In this document: positions 9,429 through 19,060 of the stretch, one piece after another
How the letters are laid out: each line of letters opens with the position of its first letter
Position numbering within the stretch: the stretch's first letter is position 1
DNA from: Coriobacteriales bacterium
Lineage (GTDB): Bacteria; Actinomycetota; Coriobacteriia; Coriobacteriales; UBA8131
Assembly: GCA_031264075.1 (NCBI GenBank)
Contig: JAISEO010000088.1
Coordinates: forward strand, 1-53,067
Direction of reading: 5' to 3'
DNA length: 53,067 nt
Made by a program: the position numbers and the translations under genes
The notes under the pieces: model-generated
Databases searched by the model: none
Told to the model about the DNA's origin: nothing
Seen by the model: only the letters and a program-made list of their open reading frames with translations

Positions 9429-9605
9429 TCAGTCACCTGCTGGCGGACTGTTGAGCGAAAGTAACTCAGAGGCAGCATAGCGCGTACGCTCCATAAGCGC
9501 GTCAAGCGAGCCGGATTCAAGCACAAGACCGGGAATCTCGTCACTGGTAGCAATCCATACAGCGGCTTCTTCATCCCAGAAAAAACTTACTTGATATTCA
9601 CTCAT
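9429..9605 (-). CDS. DUF1902-like (HicB-fold) small protein, 58 aa, absent from the ORF track
   Basis: Hand translation MSEYQVSFFWDEEAAVWIATSDEIPGLVLESGSLDALMERTRYAASELLSLNSPPAGD; upstream extended -10 TGgTACAAT. Confidence 0.75.
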   Translation of the reverse strand: MSEYQVSFFWDEEAAVWIATSDEIPGLVLESGSLDALMERTRYAASELLSLNSPPAGD

Positions 9606-9939
9606 TTCGCATCTCTCGATTCTCGACTGATTCTCTTAATTGTACCATGTTGACCTTAAAGCCTACGGCGATAATCGCTCACACTGTTAAGGATTTTAAT
9701 TGCGCCGTCTTTGTTGTTCGCCATATCTATATCCCGTTCATCTACTCACTAGATTCCACTTTGTCTGGCATGATTTTGCGATATCTCTACATACACGTAC
9801 GTTGTTACTTAAAGCGATGGTACCACAGCCACCTTACCGGTTTTCAAACAGACGCAAAACAAGTACCCAAAGGGGAGATACTGCGAGTCCTGACTTGCAG
9901 AGAACCCGAGGTAGATGCCCTGTTTGCGGGAGAATACGA

Positions 9940-9969
9940 GTGTGCCAAAACCTATAGGTTTTGGCACAC
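9940..9969. repeat. Left recombination site of switch B (perfect 30-bp palindrome)
   Basis: Identical to 1799-1828. Confidence 0.9.
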
Positions 9970-10113
9970 GTAAAATCACCCTTGAAAACGGAAGACCCCT
10001 GTCTGTCCGTTGCAGGACTATTTCACAGTATAACAGCTTGTAGATGGATTGTTTTGAGAAATTTCCACAATTTTTGGCCTCATCAACTCCCGCTCAAAAA
10101 CAGCCTAAAAACG
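9970..10113 (+). promoter_or_regulatory. Invertible promoter segment B (144 bp), pointing toward the CWB2 gene (putative ON)
   Basis: Inverted paralogue of 1829-1973; TATAAC at 10029-10034 on the plus strand; no canonical -35 at 17-bp spacing. Confidence 0.85.
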
Positions 10114-10143
10114 GTGTGCCAAAACCTATAGGTTTTGGGACGC
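10114..10143. repeat. Right recombination site of switch B
   Basis: GTGTGCCAAAACCTATAGGTTTTGGGACGC. Confidence 0.9.
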
Positions 10144-10187
10144 CATCTACCAGCAGTTTAAGCGCGATATTGGCAAAGGAGAGGTAT

Positions 10188-12512
10188 ATGAAAAGCAAGA
10201 TAATGGGCAAGACAAGGAAACTGCTATCTGTTCTACTGACACTGGCACTCATAGGCTTGGTGCCGGTTGCCCCGGCGTTTGCCGGGGAAGAGACAGATGT
10301 GCAAGAGCAGGCTGGGACGGTCGTTCCTTCTGAGGCTCTCATCGTGCCCACTGTCGAGTTCGGCGAGATAGAGCGTACGCACCCTGCATCGTTTCGCGCT
10401 CAGGTCACGATACGCTTTGCGCAGCCACAACCCGATTTCCGGCAAAAGAACCCTCAGATTGCCTATGAGGTCACGGAGTCAGGAGGGGGAGGTGCCGTCC
10501 TGGCAACAGGTACTGGCACGGATTTCAGTTGGAATGGAGAGCAGTACATCGAGTACTCTGTGTACTTCAGCGGAAATTTGTCCTCAACTGATTACAGCGC
10601 CAGAACCCTGTCCGTGACGCTCACCGCAGACGGCATCCAGACCACAGTTGTCGCGGCCACGTTGCCTGCCTGGCCGTCTGCGCCTGAGGGTACCTTCAGC
10701 GGCCCGGGCCTCTGGGGTATCGGTTCAGGCGGTGCTTGGGGAAAGACCTACGTCGCTTTCAATCAGAGAGGCGGCACGCTGAGCGGTGTGTCCCAGGTGC
10801 GCTTTGTGCTGGCGGGCTATCCCGCGACAATAGGGGACTACAGCACGAATTATGAAGGCTTTAAGGGCAACACGAACTATCTCTATGCTGTTCTCTCCGA
10901 GGACAACGGCTGGGACACGACCGCCATCCCGCTCAGCTGCACACAGGTGGGCACAACGGTGACCATGACCGTCGATCTCACTGCCCTGCCTGACTCGATC
11001 ACGCTTACTTCCAATACCATACTGTATCTGGAGTATTTCTACATCCCTCGTTGGCAGGGCGAGATTACGGCCAGTGTGTATTTTGACCAGACCTTGGCGG
11101 CAAGCAAGAAGCTCCAGGGTGGTCTTCCGGAGATAAGGTATCCCCGTACCGGCGATGCCACCTATGTCAAGGGCAGCGGAGTGGATCTTGTCGCGGACAT
11201 CCATGCGGCAACGCAGGCAGATTCCTATGACGATTACGGTGTCCTTCTGGGTGTGCCCGAGGTCATGGATAACTTCCTCTATACCTATATCGGAGAGTTT
11301 ACAGAAGGCGCCGTACGTGAGGAGGGCAACGGCTTCTGGCGCATCGATGCCAATGCGGCCCGAGGTGCGATACAACGCACTGCTTCAAACACTGTCGTGA
11401 CCGTCACTTCGGGTTTCCTGGATAGCCTGGTGCCGGGAAGCTATGTGCTTCGTGTGCATTATCAGGATGCAGCGACGGGCTTTTACGACATAGCGCTCAC
11501 CATAAAAGCCCCGACAGACACCTCCTGGCCCCGCCTCGACGGCAACAAGGGAGACAGCGGCACCCGCTTCGACACCATGCAGGCGATAGTCGAGACAGGC
11601 TGGAAGGACACCGGCTCCGACTACGTTGTGGTGGCCTACGGCCATGACTTCCCCGATGCATTAGCCGCCTCAAGCCTAGCAGGCATCTACGATGCCCCGG
11701 TGGTGCTCACCGACAAAGACAGGCTAACCGACCAGGCACGTGCCACCATAACAGGTCTTAACGCGAAGAAGGCCTATATCATAGGAGGAGATGCCGTGGT
11801 GTCTGAGGAAGTGGAAGGCTCCCTTGCCGAACTCCTCGGAGGAACAGCTAACGTAGAACGTATAGCAGGAGAAAACCGCTTCGCTACAGCACTCGACATC
11901 TATCGAGAGGGAAGCGAGAGCACAGGAGGCTGGGGAGACACCGCCATCATAGCCAACGGCTTCAACTTCGCAGACGCCCTCTCTGTCTCTCCCTATGCCA
12001 ACGTCATGCACTACCCCATCTTCCTCTCTACCCCCGATACCAGACCGGAAAGTGGTCTTGACGCAGACACGATAGCTGCTATCAATTCAGGAGGCTTCAA
12101 GAAGGTAATCATCACCGGAGGCACGGCTGCCGTACCGGGCATTGTTGAAGAACAGCTCATATCCTCAGGACTAACCATAGAACGCTGGATGGGTGATAAC
12201 CGCTATGAGACAAGTGTGGACATCATAGAGAAGTCACTGCAATTCTCTGGAGGTGCACTTACCCTTAACAACATCATCTGTGCCACGGGCTTTAACTACC
12301 CTGATGCTCTGGCAGGCGGGGCCTTTGCCGGACACATCGGGAGTGTGCTTCTTCTCATAGATGATGGCAGTGTGCGTGAGGGAGGCTACGCGGGACTGGA
12401 GCGTATCATCAGACCTCATGCCTCAGAGATAGGACAAGGGTATGTGCTTGGGGGTGAGGGGGCGCTGCCAAAAGAGCTACTGGACCTCCTTCAGTCGGGC
12501 TCCAAGAGTTAA
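10188..12512 (+). CDS. CWB2 surface protein C: signal peptide, unknown beta-rich passenger, three CWB2 repeats
   Basis: Same 5' UTR/RBS and MKSKIMGKTRKLLSVLL signal peptide as gene 2048; CWB2 motifs DFPDALAAS, FADAL, NYPDALAG. Confidence 0.9.
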   Translation: MKSKIMGKTRKLLSVLLTLALIGLVPVAPAFAGEETDVQEQAGTVVPSEALIVPTVEFGEIERTHPASFRAQVTIRFAQPQPDFRQKNPQIAYEVTESGGGGAVLATGTGTDFSWNGEQYIEYSVYFSGNLSSTDYSARTLSVTLTADGIQTTVVAATLPAWPSAPEGTFSGPGLWGIGSGGAWGKTYVAFNQRGGTLSGVSQVRFVLAGYPATIGDYSTNYEGFKGNTNYLYAVLSEDNGWDTTAIPLSCTQVGTTVTMTVDLTALPDSITLTSNTILYLEYFYIPRWQGEITASVYFDQTLAASKKLQGGLPEIRYPRTGDATYVKGSGVDLVADIHAATQADSYDDYGVLLGVPEVMDNFLYTYIGEFTEGAVREEGNGFWRIDANAARGAIQRTASNTVVTVTSGFLDSLVPGSYVLRVHYQDAATGFYDIALTIKAPTDTSWPRLDGNKGDSGTRFDTMQAIVETGWKDTGSDYVVVAYGHDFPDALAASSLAGIYDAPVVLTDKDRLTDQARATITGLNAKKAYIIGGDAVVSEEVEGSLAELLGGTANVERIAGENRFATALDIYREGSESTGGWGDTAIIANGFNFADALSVSPYANVMHYPIFLSTPDTRPESGLDADTIAAINSGGFKKVIITGGTAAVPGIVEEQLISSGLTIERWMGDNRYETSVDIIEKSLQFSGGALTLNNIICATGFNYPDALAGGAFAGHIGSVLLLIDDGSVREGGYAGLERIIRPHASEIGQGYVLGGEGALPKELLDLLQSGSKS

Positions 12513-12546
12513 AGGCGAGAAAGAAAACACAAAAAGCTACTACAGA

Positions 12547-12584
12547 CCGAAGGGGGGCAGAACCCGTGTTCTGCCCCCCTTCGG
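12547..12584. terminator. Perfect 17-bp stem-loop downstream of CWB2 gene C
   Basis: CCGAAGGGGGGCAGAAC-ccgt-GTTCTGCCCCCCTTCGG. Confidence 0.65.
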
Positions 12585-12661
12585 CCGCCCGGCCAAGGGC
12601 ATAGAGCAGCAGGATTCATAAGCACTCGACCATCATCCACGGTCTCCCTCCCTATAATTTG

Positions 12662-12706
12662 AGAAAAGAAAGCTCCCGATCCGTAGGGGTCGAGGGTTTT
12701 CTTTCT
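12662..12706. terminator. Terminator-like hairpin upstream of the recombinase
   Basis: AGAAAAGAAAGCTCCCGATCC-gta-GGGGTCGAGGGTTTTCTTTCT, with T-rich tails on both strands. Confidence 0.5.
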
Positions 12707-12761
12707 GTGGGGCCTCAAAACCATGGCATTTCGCCGGAATCGCCCCTGGGTAAGGGGGTGA

Positions 12762-13421
<660 letters not shown>

Positions 13422-13619
13422 AGAGCTCGTACATCCGGGCTCCCCAAACCAACGCCCCCCGTCGCACGAGCAGGGGGCGTTGTAATGCCGGGCGCGCGTC
13501 GCTCCTACGGGGAGCTGCTCTGATGAACGGCAGCGTTAGCCATGTGCAGGACTGTCGTGCAGTGATTGAGCTGCAATAAGCAGCATCTCAGAGTGCAAAC
13601 AAATCTCAACCTGAAAGGG

Positions 13620-14288
13620 CTATTGGTTTTCTTCGGTATCCATGCCCAGTATGCAGGAACTATACAAGAACTCCTTGAGTCCAGTGGGGTTTCCCGTTTC
13701 GTAGTAATCGCTCAGCAGGGTGTTGAAGTCAAGCAGTACCCGGTCGGATACCAGCAGGATTCCTGCTCCGGACTCTATGAGAATCTTGTTTGCGGCCAAC
13801 AGGGCTGTACGTTTATTGCCGTCCCAGAAAAGCTGCGTTCGCGTTATCCAGGCAAAGAGGTTGAGGGAAGTCTCTGTGCTTGAGAGCGGGGTTGCCAGGA
13901 GTTCGGAAAGTTCGCGTTCAACCGTTGTGGCAACAGGAACGGGGGGCACGTAAGCAACGACGCTGATTCCAATCGTTCCGTCTCTGAGGTTTCCCCAGGC
14001 AAGCGCCTCGCGATAGGCCACACGTTCCTGCAGTTTGCAGAGATACTCAAGAGTCAATTGGCCGTCAAGATGCGCGAGCAGGTAGTTCCACGCATCGCGC
14101 AGGTTGAGTATCGCCTGGATATCGTCAAGCTCCACACCGGCAACATTGACGCCGTCAACAATAGTCTGTGTCTGAGGAAAGGTGACATTGCGGTTTTCCA
14201 TGCGCATACCACTGTAGATGCTCTCGACTCCCCGCTTCCTGGCAAGGAATACATTCTCTTCTCTGCTGAGGTAGTATCTGTCTTGCAT
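13620..14288 (-). CDS. Fic/Doc-family protein with degenerate motif
   Basis: QLFWDGNKRTA replaces HPFxxGNGR; RBS GAGGAG. Confidence 0.85.
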   Translation of the reverse strand: MQDRYYLSREENVFLARKRGVESIYSGMRMENRNVTFPQTQTIVDGVNVAGVELDDIQAILNLRDAWNYLLAHLDGQLTLEYLCKLQERVAYREALAWGNLRDGTIGISVVAYVPPVPVATTVERELSELLATPLSSTETSLNLFAWITRTQLFWDGNKRTALLAANKILIESGAGILLVSDRVLLDFNTLLSDYYETGNPTGLKEFLYSSCILGMDTEENQ

Positions 14289-14499
14289 GAACTGCTCCTC
14301 TCAAGAGATAGTATAGCACTTGCTCAGAGCCACCATCGAGCCAGCTGTTCACTCGACTTACTTTGCCCCGAACAGAAACCTCTGGGAAGAATTGGCCTGC
14401 GCCGCAAGGCAGTAAGGGAGAGCCTTGAAGCTGCGTGCAGGAACGTAGTGAGCCAGACGGTGTATAATCTTTCTGCGACACATACAAAGGAGGTGCGCC

Positions 14500-14841
14500 G
14501 TGTGCGACGACAGACAGCTAAGTGAAATCATGACTTGCGTTACCAAATATTCTGAACAGGAGTTTGGAGACAACCTGAAAGATGTGGTTCTTTTCGGGTC
14601 GTATGCGCGTGGCGACTTTAACGACGAGTCTGATGTTGACATAATGATTCTCGTCGATAGGAGTCAGATGGAACTCAAAAGTCTACAGTCAGCGTTTTCC
14701 AGCCTGAGCACCGATATCGATCTTGCCTATGACGTTGTCTCTTCACTGCATCTTCAGGATTATCGCCTGTTTCAAGACTGGAAGGAAGCGTTGCCGTTTT
14801 ATCGCGAGGTTGTATGTGACGGAGTGAGCGCCTATGTCTGA
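14500..14841 (+). CDS. Minimal nucleotidyltransferase (MNT)
   Basis: LFGSYARGDFNDESDVD (GS-x10-DxD); RBS AAGGAGG; upstream TATAAT. Confidence 0.9.
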   Translation: MCDDRQLSEIMTCVTKYSEQEFGDNLKDVVLFGSYARGDFNDESDVDIMILVDRSQMELKSLQSAFSSLSTDIDLAYDVVSSLHLQDYRLFQDWKEALPFYREVVCDGVSAYV

Positions 14842-15220
14842 AAACAGGGAGAAAGCACTTGCTCACTACCGAATTGAACGAGCGCGGGAGCTCATCGAGG
14901 TCTCTGAGCGTCTTCTTGAAGAAGGGTACCTGAAAGACAGCATCAACCGCTCATACTATGCCATATTCGATGCACTGAGAGCGCAGCTGGCACTCGAAGG
15001 TTTTGATTCAAAGAAACACTCGGGGATAATCGCCGAGTTTCAAAAGCTCTACATCAAGACCGGTAGGTATCCCAAGGTGTTTTCCGATTACATCAAATCT
15101 GCTTTTGAAATCCGCAGCAGGAGCGACTACGACGATATGTATATCGCCACCAGGATTGAAGCAGAAACACAGATTGAACATGCAAAGGCCCTTGTTGCAG
15201 CCATAGAGATACATCTCTGA
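14834..15220 (+). CDS. HEPN-domain protein paired with the MNT
   Basis: INRSYYAIF, KKHSG and R-x3-DY motifs; overlaps the MNT gene. Confidence 0.88.
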   Translation: MSENREKALAHYRIERARELIEVSERLLEEGYLKDSINRSYYAIFDALRAQLALEGFDSKKHSGIIAEFQKLYIKTGRYPKVFSDYIKSAFEIRSRSDYDDMYIATRIEAETQIEHAKALVAAIEIHL

Positions 15221-15308
15221 CCAGAGAGTCTGTTTCTGTAAAGCCGTCTGTTCACTTCAGGGCTGGCGGACGGCATTGCGTGAAAGCGACAGCGCAAAGA
15301 GGATGGCT

Positions 15309-17192
15309 CTACCGAGCGCTACCCGTGTCAAAGGCCAGCAGCTTTTGATAGTAGGCGTTGCTCTGTGCCAACTCTCCCGGGGAGCCGCTGAGACAGAGGC
15401 TGCCGTCTTCGATGAAGATGACCCGGTCCATCAGGGAGACCCCTTGCAGGTGATGCGTAATCATGATGAGGGTCTTGTCTCGCAAGGTCTTGAACAGGGT
15501 GTCGAGCAAAAGCTGCTCGGACACCGGGTCCAGGCCCACGCCTGGCTCGTCGAGGATGACGAGGGGCACGTCGCTGAGCAGCACCCGGGCCAGCGCGATG
15601 CGATGCTGTTCACCACCTGAGAACCTGAGGCCCGCCTCATCCACGAGCGTGTCGAGCCCCGAGGGCAGACGCCTGCCAAGCTCGCCGAGGCCGACGCTTT
15701 CGAGAACCTCCCACAGCTCCTCGTCGGATGCTCGCTGGTTTCCTATGCGGAGGTTTTCGGCGAGCGTCGCGTTGAAGAGATAGGACTGCTGCTGGACCAC
15801 GCCCACATACTCGGTGATCCTGTCTCCCAGTGCGCAGGTGGCAACGCCGCCCAGTTCTACGGAACCCCTGGTGGGGACGAGGTCGCCGCGAATGAGGGCG
15901 GCAAGCGTGCTTTTACCCGCGCCGCTGCGACCGAGTATCGCGAGCTTCTCGCCCGGCGCGAGGGTGAGGTCAATGTCGTGCAGCACGGAGCGAGACGCGG
16001 CGGAGTACCGATAGGCGAGCCCCTTAATAGCAAGCGTGAGCGGAGCCCGTGGCGTTGCGGAAATATGCTCTGCGGCGTCTTGCCGCGGGGTGTCATCGGG
16101 GGCGCTTAGAGGCCTCTCCTCGGAAGGGTTCTCTGAGACAGCCCGCGCCCGCTCCCCCGTATCGGCAGCTGTTTCATCCTCGTGTGGCAGTCTGCCCAGG
16201 CGGTCTGCGGAATCGCGGTAGGAGTTCATCTCGACGGCGGCCTTGGGGAGGGGGGCAAACACCTCGATGAGCGGAAAGAATCCCAGCACAAAGGCCGCAA
16301 TCCAGTCAGCCGCTCCGCCGTAGGATCCGCCAAACTGGAATGCGGCCCACGCGAGAAGCGCCACCACCACGAGCGCGTACAGGACCTGGAGCAGAAGGTC
16401 TCGGTTGCGGGACGCGCGATGGAGCTTTGCCTCAACACCGCGCAGGGCCTCCTCCGAGGCACGGTAGGTCTGTGTGTACTCGTCGCTGCGGCCTGAGATT
16501 ATCCAATCGGAAACGCCGAGGACATTATCGGTGAGCTGCTCGTACAGCTGGTTTTTCATGGTCTTGCGGCGTGCCTCGCAGGCCCCCTGTCTGAGCGCCG
16601 ACACCAAGGGCACCAGCAGCACGATAACGCTCAGCATGAGCAGCATGGCCAGCGCAAACCAGAGCGAGAAGAAGCCCAGGCACACAACTATAAGTACGGT
16701 AAGCACCCAGGCTCTGATGAGGGGAAAGATGCTGCGCAGGTAGAGGTTCTGGATGTGCCCGATGTCCTCTGCAAGCAGGCCCAGAATATCGCCGGTTCTG
16801 AAGCGCTGCTTAAAGAAGATAGCGTCCCTCTCAAGCGCGTTATAGAGCTTGAGACGCAGGCTTGAAGTCATGCGGAGGATCCAGTTATGGCTCACCAGGC
16901 GTTCTGCGTACTGCAGGATGGGTTTGCCTACGCCAAAGATCCTGACCAGGGCCACCGGCACGAAGATGGCAACGATGTTGCCCGGCGCCTCGGCGGCCCG
17001 GCTGATGAGGTAGCCCGAGCTGAACATGAGCGCACTGGCAAACACGTAGGTCGCAACACCGAGAAGGAGGGCGAGGATGAGTGCGCCGCGATACTGCTTG
17101 AAGAAGGGCCGTATCCAGCGGTCGCCTCGTCTACCCGCTCTTGAGCCTGCCTTTGCGCGTGGACTTTTGTCGTGGGCCGAAGGAGCGCTCAT
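15309..17192 (-). CDS. cydC: Thiol-reductant ABC exporter CydC
   Basis: TM domain with YAERLVSH, Walker A GRSGAGKS, FSGGE signature; last gene of the cyd operon. Confidence 0.93.
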   Translation of the reverse strand: MSAPSAHDKSPRAKAGSRAGRRGDRWIRPFFKQYRGALILALLLGVATYVFASALMFSSGYLISRAAEAPGNIVAIFVPVALVRIFGVGKPILQYAERLVSHNWILRMTSSLRLKLYNALERDAIFFKQRFRTGDILGLLAEDIGHIQNLYLRSIFPLIRAWVLTVLIVVCLGFFSLWFALAMLLMLSVIVLLVPLVSALRQGACEARRKTMKNQLYEQLTDNVLGVSDWIISGRSDEYTQTYRASEEALRGVEAKLHRASRNRDLLLQVLYALVVVALLAWAAFQFGGSYGGAADWIAAFVLGFFPLIEVFAPLPKAAVEMNSYRDSADRLGRLPHEDETAADTGERARAVSENPSEERPLSAPDDTPRQDAAEHISATPRAPLTLAIKGLAYRYSAASRSVLHDIDLTLAPGEKLAILGRSGAGKSTLAALIRGDLVPTRGSVELGGVATCALGDRITEYVGVVQQQSYLFNATLAENLRIGNQRASDEELWEVLESVGLGELGRRLPSGLDTLVDEAGLRFSGGEQHRIALARVLLSDVPLVILDEPGVGLDPVSEQLLLDTLFKTLRDKTLIMITHHLQGVSLMDRVIFIEDGSLCLSGSPGELAQSNAYYQKLLAFDTGSAR

Positions 17193-18928
17193 GCTTCAAC
17201 CCCCTCCAGCTGCCGTATGAGTGAGCTACAGTATCCGCCTCGCGCACGGAGTTCCTCAAGCGTGCCGCTCTCAACAATTTTGCCGCCGTCCAGCACCCAG
17301 ATGAGGTCCATGCTTTGCATCCAATGAAGGCGATGGGTGGCAAAGAATACCAACCTGTCCTGCATGAGCGAGAGCATCCGGGCTTTCAACTCGAGTTCTG
17401 TCTCTATATCGAGGTGCGCGGTGGGCTCATCAAAAAGCAGCACCCGTATTCTGGTATCGAGGCATACCCGGGCCAGGGCCACGCGCTGGGCCTGACCGCC
17501 GCTGAGCGCACGGGCGCCTTCTCCTATCTGGGTATCAAGGCCCTCGGGCAGTTCTGCAATCAAATCCTGCAGTCCCACCACGGCCACGGCCTCTGCAATC
17601 TCCTCATCGCTTGCCTGTGGATGGTAAAAGGCGAGATTCTCGCGGAGCGTGGCATGAAAGAGAGAGGGATTCTGGGGCAGAAAGGCAATCTGGCTATGCC
17701 AATCCGCGCGCTTGAGAGAAGGGGCTGGCGTGTCGTTTACGTGGATCGTGCCCGCGTCGGGCACAGAAAAGCCAGCCAGCAGCTGTATCAGGCTGCTCTT
17801 GCCGGCTCCGCTCGCACCTATGATCCCGACTTTGGTAAAGCCGCTCACCTCAAACGAGACGGCGCTGAGTGCCTCGAAGGCTTCGTGCTCAGCGTCGTAG
17901 GTAAAGCCCAGGCCGCTTGCCGCGAGTCGGGCACGGTTATTCCAGAGCGGGAGGGAAGGAGGGCTCACATCAGCCGCGTCCGGCCTGGCACCTCGTAGCA
18001 TGGTCTGTATTGAGGCCAGCGCGTTTCTTCCGTCGAGGGAGGCATGAAAATCTGCGGCAAACTCACGGAGCGGCTTAAAGTATTCCGGCGCCAGAATCAG
18101 GATGGTCAGGGCGGGAAAGAGGGTGAGCGACCCGTCCAGCAGTCTCAGTCCCAGTAAAATGGCCACCGCCGCTACCGACAGCGTTACGAAGAGGTCAAGC
18201 ACACCCCCCGACAACGTTGCTATCCGGAGCGTCTTAAGCGTGGCCCTGCGGAACTGCTCGCTCACCGCGTAGATATTCTTTCCATGCCGCCTGCTGGCAC
18301 CAAAGAGTTTGAGCGTGTCGATGCCACGCAGCGAGTCGATGAAGTGATTGGACAGCACCTGATATTTCCGGTGCTGCCGGGCGGCCTTCTCTCCTGCCAC
18401 GCGGCCCAACAGTACCATGTAGAACACGATGAATGGGAACACGATAACCACGACCACCCCCGACACCCAGTCAAGCAGGAAGATGGGTACAACCAGGAGG
18501 AGTGGAATGATAAGGAGGCGGCAGATCTTGGGGAGTATGAGACGGAGATAGGCCTCTACCTGCGCGACTCCCTCTAGAAGCAGGGTGGTGGTCGTGCCGG
18601 TGCCGCTTGCCTGCACCAACTCGGGGCCTCGCGTGAACACGGCTGTTACCAGCTTGTGCCTGAGCTCGTCCGCCCGCTCATGGGCATAGTTGTCCAGAAG
18701 CAGATCCTGGAGCCAGGCAATGCCCTGAACACCCACAAAGCACAGCAGGAAAAGGCCTATCCACACGCATTGATCGGAGAGGGCAGCCCCCTGCCACAGA
18801 TGAGTCAGAGCGCTCGAAAGCGACCAGGCCAGCCCAAAGGTGGCTGAACCTGCGAGGACGGCTAATCCCGCAAGCAGCAGAAGGATCCTTCTGATCCCCG
18901 GCAAGCCAAAGAGCGATCGGTCAATCAC
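17189..18928 (-). CDS. cydD: Thiol-reductant ABC exporter CydD
   Basis: LAPEYFKPLREFAADFHASLDG, GASGAGKS, LSGGQ; start moved to GTG 18928 (MIDRSLF). Confidence 0.93.
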   Translation of the reverse strand: MIDRSLFGLPGIRRILLLLAGLAVLAGSATFGLAWSLSSALTHLWQGAALSDQCVWIGLFLLCFVGVQGIAWLQDLLLDNYAHERADELRHKLVTAVFTRGPELVQASGTGTTTTLLLEGVAQVEAYLRLILPKICRLLIIPLLLVVPIFLLDWVSGVVVVIVFPFIVFYMVLLGRVAGEKAARQHRKYQVLSNHFIDSLRGIDTLKLFGASRRHGKNIYAVSEQFRRATLKTLRIATLSGGVLDLFVTLSVAAVAILLGLRLLDGSLTLFPALTILILAPEYFKPLREFAADFHASLDGRNALASIQTMLRGARPDAADVSPPSLPLWNNRARLAASGLGFTYDAEHEAFEALSAVSFEVSGFTKVGIIGASGAGKSSLIQLLAGFSVPDAGTIHVNDTPAPSLKRADWHSQIAFLPQNPSLFHATLRENLAFYHPQASDEEIAEAVAVVGLQDLIAELPEGLDTQIGEGARALSGGQAQRVALARVCLDTRIRVLLFDEPTAHLDIETELELKARMLSLMQDRLVFFATHRLHWMQSMDLIWVLDGGKIVESGTLEELRARGGYCSSLIRQLEGVEA

Positions 18929-19060
18929 GGCACGGTTTCGTTTTTCTGCTCGGGTCGTTCTGTTCGGTTTTACAGGAGATCTTACGATACCATAAGCCAC
19001 AGAGGCCGCCACAGGCGGCCTCTGCACTCTGAGCCAAGGGGGAGCTGTTCATCGCTTGAG

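Noticed and set aside
9902-10290. Second switch copy as an assembly artefact
   Set aside because: The copies differ by scattered substitutions and an indel in both segment and flanks and lead into different passenger domains.
13440-13520. Hairpins after the recombinase (AACGCCCCC...GGGGGCGTT) as a REP or ncRNA
   Set aside because: Single occurrence; adequately explained as a terminator between convergent genes.
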